A program made the position numbers and the translations under genes. 64,000 nucleotides of DNA, from assembly GCA_963840855.1 (NCBI GenBank), contig CAWJBB010000040.1:320001-384000 (forward strand), read 5' to 3'. The stretch is from an uncultured delta proteobacterium. Lineage in GTDB: Bacteria > Desulfobacterota > Binatia > UBA9968. The notes under the pieces were generated by a model that made no database searches, had not been told where the DNA came from, and saw nothing but the letters and a program-made list of their open reading frames with translations. Shown here one piece after another: positions 51,828 to 62,879 of this stretch (the first letter of the stretch is position 1; the number at the start of each line of letters is the position of its first letter).

Positions 51828-54648
51828 TTACTTTAGGTAGTACGCCTCGGCGGCAGGTTTATACGACCTGGGCAGCCAGTAGGGGCGCCGCATATTTCCG
51901 GGACCCGGAGCGGGACGCGTTTTTGCCATCCAGCGCTTGTAGACTTCGTGGGATTTGTTGGTGTCGACAAAAACGTCGCCGTACTTGTCATCCGGTCCCG
52001 GTTTCGCAACGCGGACTTTCTGGTGCCAGCAGTGCTGGCCGCTGATGTAGTCGGGTTGTACCGGAAACGTCAGGTTCTGATGCACGCCGCCGTCCTGCCA
52101 GAAGATCCTTTCTGAATCGGGATCATCGCTCTTGAACGGTTGGATGCCGTGGATTGTGCGCATCATCCACTTGCCTTCGCCCACCTGCTTCAAATCGACC
52201 AGCGCGCGTGGACCATCTCTCGCCGCCCTGATCTTCCGCCAGTCGCCAGCGGCCGAGATGGTGCGAGCAAGCGACGACGCCGGGCTTGATGCCTTCGGTG
52301 ACCCAGACTTTGTCGATGAAGTAGCCGATCTCGGTTTGGATTTTCAGGAGATCGCCGGTTTTCACGTCGAGCCACTGGGCGTCCTTGGGGTTCAACCACA
52401 GCGGATTGCTATGCGAGATCTCGTAGAGCCACTTGGCGTTGCCTGAACGCGTATGAATCAGCGTCGGCAAGCGAAACGTCGGCAGTAAAAGCATCTCGCC
52501 CGCGTTGACGTCGATATTATCCGAGTGCACATGGCTCTTGATGTAACCGGGAATGGCGTAGTCCGGCCATTTCCAGTCCTTCAATGTCCTGGAGAAAAAC
52601 TCCAATTTGCGAGACGGTGTCGGAAAGCCGGCGCACGCTTTGCCGTCCACCTCCACGCCGAGAACGGTGCCGTTCTTGGATATGACCTTCGTCGTGGGGT
52701 CGGTCGTCGAGTCGGCGAGGTCGGCGGTCTCGATTCCGGTCTCATGAACTCTATAGACGTTATCCTCGATCAAGAAGGCGCCGTACTTGCGCATGTACTC
52801 CAGTGGCGTCAAGCCTTGTTTCGCAGCCGCCGCGGGCAGTCCCGGCACGCTGTTTTCAAAAATCCACCGGTAGTATTCGTCGACGGTCATTTTTTTGCCG
52901 GACTCGTAGGGCGACTCAAAATATTTGCGAATGCCGAGCGATCCATCGGGATCGACACGCCAGGAGAGTTCGATCCAGAATTCGTCTTCTTCCCACACCT
53001 GGCCGATGCCCGCCGCTTCGTGGGCTTCATAGGTGGTGTTGAACTTCTTGCCCTGCTTTTCCAGGGCGACGCGCAGAATGGGTTGGCGAAAGCCGATCCA
53101 GCGCGCCGCTTGAGTCTCTTGGCTCATTAAATCGTGGCGCTCGGAAGCATGTCCCATGGGCAGCACATAGTCGGCAAACCAGGCCGTTTCACTCCAGGTC
53201 GGTGTGAGGCACGCATGGCGCTCGACTTTGCGTTCATCCGAAAGCATTTCGATCCAGCTCATACCGTCGGGATTGGTCCACACCGGGTTGTAGACCCGGG
53301 TAAAATACATGGCGAGCTTGCCGCGCCCCTCTTTGATGAAGTGCGGCAAAAGAAAGCTCATCTCGAAGAAAGCCAATGGGAACTCGCGCGGAATCAGCAT
53401 TTCATTCCAGACTTTAGCCGGCGGCGGCATGAGCGGCGGCGCGGGAATAAACTTATTCGCGGCGTTGGGGGCGGTGCCTCCCGGAGTGCCGACGGCACCC
53501 GCCAGAACAACTAGAAATTGCAGCGCCCGCGCCACCTGCCAGCCGCCGAGATTGCCCGCCGCCGTGTTGCGCCATACATGCGACGAAAACGCCGAGCCGG
53601 CTTTGGCGATTTCGTGGGCGACCTCGACGAGAATTTTAGCATCGACGCCGCCCTCCTTGGCGGCAAATTCCGGCGTGTACTGCGCGTAAGTTTGCTTCAG
53701 AACGGCGATGAACGATCGGAACGTTTGCGGCTGATCGGGGTGCTCTTCGCGCAGATATTCTTCCCAGTTGACCCAGTTTCTAAGAAATTGACGATCGAAA
53801 AGATCTTCTTGCAAAAGAATATTGCACATCGCGAGCAGAATCGCCGCTTCGCTGCCCGGCCATGTCGAGAGCCAATAATCCGCCTTCGAAGCGGTATTGG
53901 AAAGGCGCGTGTCGATAACGCAGAGCTTCGTTCCAGCGTTCTTGGCTTCGATGATGCGTTGCGCGTGGGGATTGAAATAGTGGCCGGTTTCGAGATGAGA
54001 ACTGAGCAACAGAATGAAACGCGCGTTAGCGTGGTCCGGCGATGGCCGGTCGATGCCCGACCAGAAGGCGTAGCCGGCGCGCGCGCCGGCCGAGCAAACG
54101 TTGGTATGGCTGTTATGACCGTCGATGCCCCAGGCGTGAAAAATCCTCTGGTGATACAACAATTCATGCCCGGGCCGCCCGACGTGGTACATGATCTCGC
54201 TCCGGCGGTCTTCTTGCAGCGCCGCGCGCACCCGCCCGGCGATGTCATCGAGGACTTCGTCCCAACTCACGCGCTCCCACTTTCCCTCGCCGCGTTTTCC
54301 CAGGCGCTTTAACGGATAACGAATACGTTCGGGGTCGGTGACTTGGTTCAGCGTGGCGGGGCCCTTGGCGCAATTGCGCCCCCGGCTGCCGGGATGTTCG
54401 GGATTGCCCTCGAAGCGGCGAATGCGGTTTGTGTCCTTTTCGACAAAGCCCAAAAGGCCGCAGGCAGCTTCACAGTTAAAGCAAATCGTCGGAATGATCC
54501 GGCAATGTTTCTCGACCTTGCGCGGCCACTGGGCCGTGTCGTACTCGACCCAGTCGTCCCATTTCTCAACCGGCGGGTAGCTGGCGAGTCCGGCGGCGGG
54601 ATCCAAACGCAGCGCATCGGGATTGAGAGGTTCGGGAATATCACTCAT
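51828..54648 (-). CDS. Molybdopterin oxidoreductase catalytic subunit (frameshift near 52205)
   Basis: CFNCEAAC...NCAKG FeS motif, HTNVCS, ADYVLP, IHTRS; C-terminus continues in ORF 51828-52193. Confidence 0.9.
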
Positions 54649-54662
54649 GTTGTGGTTCCTCG

Positions 54663-56205
54663 TTAACTAAGCGGTACCGCCTGCCCGGCCTTGATCCAGA
54701 GATGTTCGTACATCCACAAGCCAAACAGCGCCAGCAAAGACGCAGCGATGTTCGGATAAATCGAGCTGGTGGGCCAGAGCGTGAGCGCGATGGGCACGAG
54801 GGCGCCCAGGGCGACGACAACCAGCCAAAATTGCTTCCAAAGGGCCCCCGAAAGAAGAAGGTTCGCCGATCGCGAAACCTCTTCGCCGCGGTGGCTCATC
54901 AACAATTCTCCGAAGATCATCGCGAGTCCGGCAAAGAGGGCGACAACCAGCAAATTTCCCAGCCAATAGAGCATCTGGCCGCTGAGAAGTTGGAACGGCG
55001 TCACCAACTCGAGCGCCGCGAGTAAGGTCAGCCCCGCCGCTCCCGCGCCGAGCGCCTGCACGATGAGATGCCAGAAGAGCAGCGGGCTTTGCCAGAAGTC
55101 TCGGCCGCGCGCTTGAGCAAAAAGAAAAGCGGAGTAGCCGGCGGAAGCGATGGCAAACAGCGCAGCCAACCAAACCACCGGAGACGGGACCACCAGGCCC
55201 CTGAGCCCATGAAACAACCAGATGCCAGCCAAGATGCCATAGATCACGAGAACATAACCGCCTAACACCAACCAAGAATTTAAGTTCGGCTTTGTCACCA
55301 GGTAAAAGAAGCGGCCGGGTTTTTTTAGGTCGAAGACCAACAACGCCATCGTGATCACGAGGAAAAGCAGCGCAGTCACCGGGCTGACGACGTAAAGCAG
55401 CGGCGCGTCTTGTTCGAAGCCCAGGTTGAGCGCCAACGCCGAAACGAGCAAGCACACCGGCGGCAATCGACTTTGCCCATAGATAAGATGCAATCTTAGT
55501 CCCCCAGGGGGTCATATGGGGCACGTCATAGACCTCCCGGGCCACGCCGGGAATGGTGCGCTCGGGATTGCCGCCCTTGAGCGCGTAAAGATCTTCGCCG
55601 GGATCTTTCTCCGCCCAGAAGTGGGCGCTTTGCGGCTCCATCATGGTCGGGCTGAGCAGGTCGCCATCGACGCCGGCGTAAAAGAGTTTGGGCTTGGTCC
55701 CCTTCTCCGGTTTCCGCACGCTGACTTTTTCCATGGCGATTCGCTTGCTGATCGTGCTGTTCGGATTGTCGAGGTCGCCGGAAAGAATCGCCTGCGTGGG
55801 ACAGACGACCTCGCAGGCGGGTTTGTACCCCATCTCGACGCGGGAAGCGTCGAAGTTGCACTTGGCCGCCGTGTTTCGATCGGGATCGATGTAGAGCGCG
55901 TCATAGGGACAGGCTTGCATGCATGACTTGCAGCCGATGCAGCGCTCGTTGTCGAAATCGACGATGCCGTCGGAGCGGCGAAACAAGGCGACGGTGGGAC
56001 AGATTTCTATACAAGGCGCGTCGTCGCAGTGATTGCAGCGCAACACGGCGAAGTGCCGCCGCGTGTCAGGATAATGTCCTTTTTCGATGTATTTAACCCA
56101 GGTCCGGTTAACACCGACGGCGATATTGTGTTCTTCTTTGCAGGCTACGGTGCACGCATGACAGCCGATGCAACGGTTCTGGTCGATGAGAAATCCGTAG
56201 CGCAT
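54663..56205 (-). CDS. 4x[4Fe-4S] electron transfer subunit fused to NrfD/PsrC membrane anchor (frameshift near 55455)
   Basis: CIGCHACTVAC, CNHCDDAPC, CIGCKSCMQACP; W...IASYLW, DLKKP.RF, YSAFLF.QA.GRD.W. Confidence 0.88.
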
Positions 56206-56339
56206 TTATTACAATTCAAATCGGAAAACTAAGCTTTACATGGCATGAGTTTGCACCCTGATAGCAGGAAAAACCCGGCGGGGTCAATTGAATTAGAGAA
56301 ATATTTCCGCGCGGCTATGGCAAGCAATCGAGTGAGATA

Positions 56340-57788
56340 CTACTTTTTTCGCACCGGGAATGCCGGTGGAATGATCTGCTCGACCCCGCGGCCGTTCCAG
56401 TCGCGCCCGGCCCAGTTGTCCCAGGCGCGGTTCGCGCCGGTCTCCGCCTGGGCAAACAATTCGTCGTCGTCGATGCGCGTCGAACGGCCGTTTTCCACGA
56501 CCATTTCGCCATCGACGATGACGGTTTCAACGTCGGCGCCCGAACCGTATTCCACCAGCGCATTGATGGGATCGCGAATCGGGCCGTAACGCGTAGTGCG
56601 CAGGTTGATGATAACCAGATCGGCCTTGGCGCCGGGAGCAAGCCTGCCGAGATCGTCCCGGCCCAGCGCCTTGGCGCCGCCGATGGTCGCCGCATTGAAA
56701 ACAGCCGCCGGCCGCGCGCCGGCGGCGTTTCTGTCCACCAGCCGAGAAATCAGCGACGCGTAACGCATCTCCGCGACGATATCGAGGGGATAGGTATCGG
56801 TGCCTAAACCGATGTTCACGCCTGCGTCGCGGTATTGATCGAAGGACTCCATGGCAAAAGCCATCTTGGCGCATTTGTGCGGGCAGTGACCGACGGTGGC
56901 GCCCGAATCGGCGAGCAGTTTCAACTCATCGCCGCGCGGGTAATCGACCCGCGAGTGGCCCCCGGTAATCGCCATGTGACCAATCGTTGTGCGCGGCCCG
57001 AGAATGCCGGTCTCCGCCAGGTATTCGACCACCGGCTTGCGATAGGTGTTGAGAATCTGCAGGAACTCACGAAAATTGCCGCCAGCATGGATATGGATCG
57101 GCACGTCGAGCTCTTTCGCCGCGGCGACTGATTCTCGTAACAACGAAGGCTCGCAGGTCTCGGCCTGGGCCGGATTTAAAATTCCCTGCACGCGACCGTT
57201 ATGGGCGCCGTGAAATTGCTTGATGAACTCAATCGCCCGCTTCAGGCCCGGCCGTCCCTTGTCCTCGCGTTCTTCGTAGTAGTGGCGCCCTTCGGAATCG
57301 GTAAAAATATCGTGGCTACGGTACGGCGGGCTGAAAAACACGCGCCCGCCTAGCTGGCCGACGATGGCGACGTAATCGTCCATCGCGCCCGGACCGCCGC
57401 CGGGATCCAATACCGTCGTCGCGCCGTTCCTGAGCGCGCTATACAATGCGTATCTCCTCCCCATGGCCACCGCCGGTGCTGGAGGATTTTCCACTTTTTC
57501 TTTGAGCGGCGCCCCGAAGACAAACCAGTTCGCCGCGAGATAATCTTTTTTCGTGACGTCGCTCAAAAGATAGTCGCCGACGTTGAGCTGCGAGTGAACA
57601 TGCAAATTGATAAAGCCGGGGCAGACGATCTTACCCGCCGCATCGATCACCTTGTCGGCTGGTTGCGACCGGTCCGTCCCCGCGGATTTTATTTCGCCGC
57701 CGTCGATTAGCACGGAGCCGTTGGCAATGATTTCGTGGCTGGTTCCAGACCAGCCCACGACGACGCCGCCGTCGATGCGAATTCTCAT
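56340..57788 (-). CDS. Amidohydrolase (deaminase/chlorohydrolase-like)
   Basis: PGFINLHVH, HIH, GH, GLGTD, ATIGGA.ALG, GAKADLV. Confidence 0.88.
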   Translation of the reverse strand: MRIRIDGGVVVGWSGTSHEIIANGSVLIDGGEIKSAGTDRSQPADKVIDAAGKIVCPGFINLHVHSQLNVGDYLLSDVTKKDYLAANWFVFGAPLKEKVENPPAPAVAMGRRYALYSALRNGATTVLDPGGGPGAMDDYVAIVGQLGGRVFFSPPYRSHDIFTDSEGRHYYEEREDKGRPGLKRAIEFIKQFHGAHNGRVQGILNPAQAETCEPSLLRESVAAAKELDVPIHIHAGGNFREFLQILNTYRKPVVEYLAETGILGPRTTIGHMAITGGHSRVDYPRGDELKLLADSGATVGHCPHKCAKMAFAMESFDQYRDAGVNIGLGTDTYPLDIVAEMRYASLISRLVDRNAAGARPAAVFNAATIGGAKALGRDDLGRLAPGAKADLVIINLRTTRYGPIRDPINALVEYGSGADVETVIVDGEMVVENGRSTRIDDDELFAQAETGANRAWDNWAGRDWNGRGVEQIIPPAFPVRKK

Positions 57789-57807
57789 GAGCCTTTCCTT
57801 TTTCGGT

Positions 57808-57992
57808 TAAAAATCTAAAAATATTTGGAATTTTGGATCAAAAAGAGATCGGAAAAACTGTGACTCCCGCAAAGACGCAAAGACGCCAAGTTCGGAGAAT
57901 CAAAAATATATTCTTAACTTTGCGCCTTGGCGTCTTGGCGCGATAAATTTTCTTGAAGTGGTTGTGTTGAACATTTCAAGTTTAAGAATCTA
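57808..57992. repeat. MITE-like element related to the 50343-50788 copy
   Basis: Arms CGCAAAGACGCAAAGACGCCAAG (57868) and CTTTGCGCCTTGGCGTCTTGGCGCGA (57918); AT-rich flanks similar to the 50.3-50.8 kb copy. Confidence 0.6.
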
Positions 57993-57995
57993 ACG

Positions 57996-58706
57996 CTACG
58001 CGGGCGCCGCCGGCGTTTCGTCTTCTCTGCCGTGCAGTGCGTACCAATAAATGCCGTTCATATAACGCCAGCGCCGGATGGCGGCTTCCTCAACCATTTT
58101 GAGCGCCAGCGCCTGCAATTCGGGTGTGCCGCAATACTTCTCGACCATCGCAAAACCTCTAGACCCGTGAATCTCGTCAGCGTAGACATGCTCTTCGAAG
58201 AAGCGGATTTCGCGGGCGTGAGCCTTATAACCGTAATGCCGGTGCAGCGCTGGAACTAATTTTTTGCAGATATCCAGAAATTGCGACTCCAGGCCGATGA
58301 ACAACCCAGCCGCCGCGGCCGGCCACGGCGTCTGATAGACCATGCGCCAACCCCAATTTTGCAACTGATCCGTCCCTGCAAGCACGATGGAACCCTCTAC
58401 GCTTTCGCGATCCATGCCGCTGGCGGCGACGTAGTCCTTGAGCATATCGAGATGGCGGTCGTCAGGGTTTTCCTCGTCAGCGAGATTTTCGAATAGGTAA
58501 GTCTTCACATCCCGCTGAGGTATCTGCGAGGCTTCGAACGCCAGCCAGTTCAAGTATTCAACGACATAGTGATAGTGCTGCGTGCAGTAAAAAGCGGTCT
58601 GCTCCTTGGTCAGTTTGCCCTGCGCCCACAGTTCGAAGAACGGGTGGTTCTTGCTATGCTTTTTGTCGCGGGTGGCGACCAATCGGTCGTGAAAACTTGC
58701 ACCCAT
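57996..58706 (-). CDS. Heme-oxygenase-like diiron (CADD/PqqC-like) protein 4
   Basis: HPFF, ENLADEE....RH, GLESQ, FFEEHVYADEIH. Confidence 0.82.
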   Translation of the reverse strand: MGASFHDRLVATRDKKHSKNHPFFELWAQGKLTKEQTAFYCTQHYHYVVEYLNWLAFEASQIPQRDVKTYLFENLADEENPDDRHLDMLKDYVAASGMDRESVEGSIVLAGTDQLQNWGWRMVYQTPWPAAAAGLFIGLESQFLDICKKLVPALHRHYGYKAHAREIRFFEEHVYADEIHGSRGFAMVEKYCGTPELQALALKMVEEAAIRRWRYMNGIYWYALHGREDETPAAPA

Positions 58707-58885
58707 GATCCTCTCGTTTTTTCCCAGTCTCGCCAAGCGCGATGGCGAGTTCGAGTTCCAGCTCAATGGCGCCTTAGTCAAGGAACGGGCGCGTATGCAA
58801 AACACCAACGCCGGCCAAGCTTTCTAAATGCCGGGCCGGCGTTTCAGGGTTCAACCGAAAGTCAACCGGCTGCCGCCGGATTGTA

Positions 58886-60619
58886 TCATTCGCCCCGTTC
58901 GGTAATCTGCGCCACTGGCTTGAGGCGAATATCCAACAATGCGGATTGGCCGCCGGCGACGGCGCGCAGTCCGCGCTCTATGGCCTTGCGGACTTCGGCC
59001 GGCTCTTCGACTTTTTCGCCGTAGCCATCGAAGGCCTTGATCAGTAGCGAATACTCCGGACATGGAGCGATGTGCAGCCCGGAAAAATTATTGCTCTTCA
59101 CCGCCCAACCTCCGGGGTAATATCGCGGGATACCCGACTTTTGTGACAGATAACCCTGGTTGTTAAACATGATGGTGAGGAATGGCAGGTTATGTTCCTG
59201 GCTCGCGCCGTAGGCCGCCGGCGCCGGATCGTAACTGAACGAACCGTCGCCGATGAGACAAACGACCGGACGTTTCGGATTGGCGGCCTTGACGCCGAGC
59301 GCCGTCGCCAGGCCCGTACCCAAACCACCGATACAGCCGGCGAAAAATGATCCCGGCTTTAGACCGTCTAGATAGCGGTGGATCGCCAAGCGGTGCGTGA
59401 TGGTTTCTTCAACCACCATCGCGTCGGCGGGCAGCACCTGGCTGAGCTCATGAGCCACCCAGCGCGTGTCCATCGGTTTTTGATTGGCCAGCTCCATGGC
59501 GTCGGCGCGCCATTTTTTCCGCCGCGCGTCATTTTTGGCCTTCAAATCTTCGGCCCGTCGAGCGCGCGAGGCGTCACCCTTCGATACTCTTTTCTTGAGC
59601 GCCGCCAGCAAATGCTCCAGCGACGTTTCGATCTCGCCCGTGAGGCAGAGATCGGATTGATAGCCGTAGTACGGGATCTCGGCGCGCAGCGGGTTCTCAT
59701 CGAGCATGGCGACTTTGGCGCCGGGGGACGGCGTTATCGAAGCGGGATGCCAAGGCGCGATCACGGCGAGGAGAAAAATCACGTCGGCGCCCTGCACGGC
59801 TTCCTTGGCGTCGTAGCCGCTATGGAGCGGATGGGTTCGCGGAAAATTGATGGCGCCGGTGCTGCGAGTTTCAGCCACCGGGCAGCCGAGCAGCTCGGCA
59901 ATCTCCACCAAACACTCGACGGCCTTCAACGTCTTCCCGGAATCCTCGGCGACGATGACCGGATGGGACGCGCCCGCGAGCAGGTCGGCCAGTTCTTCGA
60001 TGCCCTTCGGATCGGCGGTGGCCAGAGGGGCGCTCCCGAGCTCCGAAGGAACGTCCTTCGTCATGTTCTCGAATAGATATTCCATCGGCACCGACACGAA
60101 GACCGGCCCGCGCGGTCCCGCCATCGCTAAACGGCAAGCGCGCTGGACCGTCGATGGCAGAATCGATTTGGTGTTGACGCCGAAACTCCACTTGACCGTG
60201 TGATCGACGAGCTTCGCCGGGCCGCCCATGTCGCCGAGATGGCCCTGCCACTGGCCGCCCACGTCCGGTCCGTCATCCTCGCCGAAGCCGATGGATTCGC
60301 CGGCAAAGACCACCATGGGCACCTGCTCGTGCAACGCCCCGCGCATCGCCATGGTCGCATGCAACGCACCCACGGTCGTGTGAATTACCACGGCGGGCAA
60401 TTTGCCCGTCGACTTCGCGTAACCGCTCGCCATGCCGACGGCGATCTCTTCGTGCCGCGTGCTGTAATACTGCGGCATGCCTTCCACGCCGGGTTCCGCC
60501 AACGCCTCCCACAACGGCGACCATTCCGAGCCGGGCGACGCGAAAATTTTCTCAACGCCCATTTTTCCGAGGACGCGCAGCATCGTCTGCGCACCGGTTA
60601 ATCCTTTGGTTTGAATCAT
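58886..60619 (-). CDS. Thiamine-diphosphate-dependent enzyme (decarboxylase/acetolactate synthase-like)
   Basis: RHEEIAVGMASGY, GPVFVS.P, GDGSF...NN TPP motif. Confidence 0.9.
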   Translation of the reverse strand: MIQTKGLTGAQTMLRVLGKMGVEKIFASPGSEWSPLWEALAEPGVEGMPQYYSTRHEEIAVGMASGYAKSTGKLPAVVIHTTVGALHATMAMRGALHEQVPMVVFAGESIGFGEDDGPDVGGQWQGHLGDMGGPAKLVDHTVKWSFGVNTKSILPSTVQRACRLAMAGPRGPVFVSVPMEYLFENMTKDVPSELGSAPLATADPKGIEELADLLAGASHPVIVAEDSGKTLKAVECLVEIAELLGCPVAETRSTGAINFPRTHPLHSGYDAKEAVQGADVIFLLAVIAPWHPASITPSPGAKVAMLDENPLRAEIPYYGYQSDLCLTGEIETSLEHLLAALKKRVSKGDASRARRAEDLKAKNDARRKKWRADAMELANQKPMDTRWVAHELSQVLPADAMVVEETITHRLAIHRYLDGLKPGSFFAGCIGGLGTGLATALGVKAANPKRPVVCLIGDGSFSYDPAPAAYGASQEHNLPFLTIMFNNQGYLSQKSGIPRYYPGGWAVKSNNFSGLHIAPCPEYSLLIKAFDGYGEKVEEPAEVRKAIERGLRAVAGGQSALLDIRLKPVAQITERGE

Positions 60620-60648
60620 GTTTACTCCTCTGAGTTTCTTCGGCGAAT

Positions 60649-61665
60649 TTAAATATTGTAAAACCGCTTGGCGTTGTTGAGCAGTAGATCCTTCTTGACG
60701 TCCAGCGACAGATCCTCGCGATTCCATAAGATGCTTGCCGACTCCGGCCAGCTCATATCCCAATGAGGATAATCAGAGGCGTACATGAGCGTCTTCGAGC
60801 CGATTTCGCCGACGACGAAACTAATCATCTTTTCTTCCGGCTCGCAGCCATAGTAGCTGTTTTCGCTAAAAAGGTATTCGCTCGGTTTCTTCTTGCACAG
60901 CGGCGCTTCGACCTTGCCGCGTTTTTCCCATTCTTCGTCCATGCGTTCCGCCCAATACGGCAACCAACCGCAGCCGACTTCGAGATAGCCGATCCTTAAC
61001 TTCGGAAACAATTCCGGGATGCCGCCGAATACCATCGCCGTTAGTTGACGCAACACCGGGAAAGGATGGCCCGTCGTGTGCAAACATATGAACGTATCAA
61101 AAACCTCGCTGCCGGGCTCGTCGCCGCCAAAGGCATGGATGGTCACCGGTGTGTTGAGCCGCTGGGCTTCTTCATACAGCGGATAGTACTCCGGGCTACC
61201 CAAATTTTTTCTGTGCGCTTGGGCGACCAACATACCGCCGCACAAACCGAGCTTGGTCACGGCGCGATTGAGCTCTTTGGCGCATTCCTCCGGATTGTTG
61301 ACCGGCAGATTCGCCACCGCTTTAAGACGCGGCGATGCCTTGCAGTAGTTAGAAATGAAATCGTTGTACGCGCGGCACAGCGCGGTTTGGAACCGCGGCT
61401 CGCGAACTCGGCCGAGGCCCAAGCCGCTCGTGGGAAACATAACGGCGGTGTCGATTTGCTGCGTGTCCATGGCGGCCAGACGCTCTTCGACCTTAGCTCC
61501 GCCCTGGCCGAGCGTGCCGCCGAAATTGCGGTCGTAATGCTCGCTGGGAATCAAAGAAGCTCTTTGATTGCGATAGGGCTCGGGCAAATAAGGCCTGATA
61601 TCGTTGTCGAAATCTCGCGCGTGGGCGTCGGAATCCAATACCTTTATTGCGTCACGTAGTTCCAT
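60649..61665 (-). CDS. Amidohydrolase_2 family protein
   Basis: DSDAH, AYND, LE.GCGW, YASDYPHWD. Confidence 0.9.
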   Translation of the reverse strand: MELRDAIKVLDSDAHARDFDNDIRPYLPEPYRNQRASLIPSEHYDRNFGGTLGQGGAKVEERLAAMDTQQIDTAVMFPTSGLGLGRVREPRFQTALCRAYNDFISNYCKASPRLKAVANLPVNNPEECAKELNRAVTKLGLCGGMLVAQAHRKNLGSPEYYPLYEEAQRLNTPVTIHAFGGDEPGSEVFDTFICLHTTGHPFPVLRQLTAMVFGGIPELFPKLRIGYLEVGCGWLPYWAERMDEEWEKRGKVEAPLCKKKPSEYLFSENSYYGCEPEEKMISFVVGEIGSKTLMYASDYPHWDMSWPESASILWNREDLSLDVKKDLLLNNAKRFYNI

Positions 61666-61719
61666 AGCCTCACCTCTGTGATTTTATTTCCGTTTTGACG
61701 TGCCGCTCTCTCGACGCCG

Positions 61720-62859
61720 CTAAGCTGCGACTGGCAACGACGCCGGCGCTTTCAAATTATAAAGTTTGCGCACGTTGGTATTAAGCAGCTTTTCCCGGTC
61801 CGCCGCCGAAAGATTGGCCATGTCGCGCTCGATAACGGCGCGCGAGTTCGGCCAGGTGGAATTCTGATGCGGGTAGTCATTGGACCACATGCAGTTGTCC
61901 ACGCCCCACCAAGAGAAGAGCTGGCCGCCGACCCGGTCATTAAAGAAGGTGGCGTAAATTTGCTCGGCAAAGTACTCACTCGGCAACTTGGTCATCGGCA
62001 CCTTTTCCGAGTGGCGGTGCCGCTTGTAGCCTTTGTCGCACTTCTCCAACCAGAACGGCATCCAACCGATTTCGTTTTCGACGGAAACGATTTTTAATCT
62101 CGGATAACGCTCGAGCACGCCGGAGAAGATCATGTCAAACAGCGCGTCCTCGATTTCTCTGGTCTGCTGCACGCCGATGCGGTAGCGGTTGATGCCGTGG
62201 CTGGTTTGACGGTTCATGCTGTCGCCGAAGCCGGTCAGAATATGGAGATGCACTGGCAAATCGAGATCCTGCGACGCCGCCCAAAAGCGCTCATAATGAT
62301 CCGAGGTGAACGGAAACTTCGGGTCCGGCACCTGCCAGATCATCGTGCCAACGATTCCCCCCGCCTTCTTGCAGCGTTCCATTTCGGCGAGGGCGTGGTC
62401 AACGTCATACATGGAAATCAACGCGATGCCATAGAGGCGATCCGGAACTTTATTACAATACTCGATGATCCAGTCGTTGTACGTTCTAAACAGGCTTTCT
62501 TGGAGCGCGGCGTCTTTAACACAAAACAAGCCCAGACCCAGGCTCGGATAAAGCACTTCCGCAGCCACGCCGTCGACGAACATGTCGTCCTGGCGCACGA
62601 TCGGGTCCCAGCCGCCCGGACGCGCTACGGCGAAGCCCGCTCGGCGAAACTTTTCCAGATTTTCCGGTTGCTGTCCGGCCATGAACAATCCACCGACGGC
62701 CTGGATTTGAACTTCCGGCGAACCGAACATCCAAGCGTCGCGCTTGTCGTCGAAGAACATCTTCGGCGCGCGTTCTCTGAAAGACGCCGGCATGCCCTTC
62801 TCCCACAAATCCGGAACTTCGATAACATGAGAATCCGACGAGATAATTGATTGTTCCAT
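61720..62859 (-). CDS. Amidohydrolase_2 family protein
   Basis: SSDSHVIE, AEVLYPS, YNDW, HLH, WSNDYPH. Confidence 0.9.
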   Translation of the reverse strand: MEQSIISSDSHVIEVPDLWEKGMPASFRERAPKMFFDDKRDAWMFGSPEVQIQAVGGLFMAGQQPENLEKFRRAGFAVARPGGWDPIVRQDDMFVDGVAAEVLYPSLGLGLFCVKDAALQESLFRTYNDWIIEYCNKVPDRLYGIALISMYDVDHALAEMERCKKAGGIVGTMIWQVPDPKFPFTSDHYERFWAASQDLDLPVHLHILTGFGDSMNRQTSHGINRYRIGVQQTREIEDALFDMIFSGVLERYPRLKIVSVENEIGWMPFWLEKCDKGYKRHRHSEKVPMTKLPSEYFAEQIYATFFNDRVGGQLFSWWGVDNCMWSNDYPHQNSTWPNSRAVIERDMANLSAADREKLLNTNVRKLYNLKAPASLPVAA

Positions 62860-62879
62860 GGCTCCTCCTTTTGGTTATC

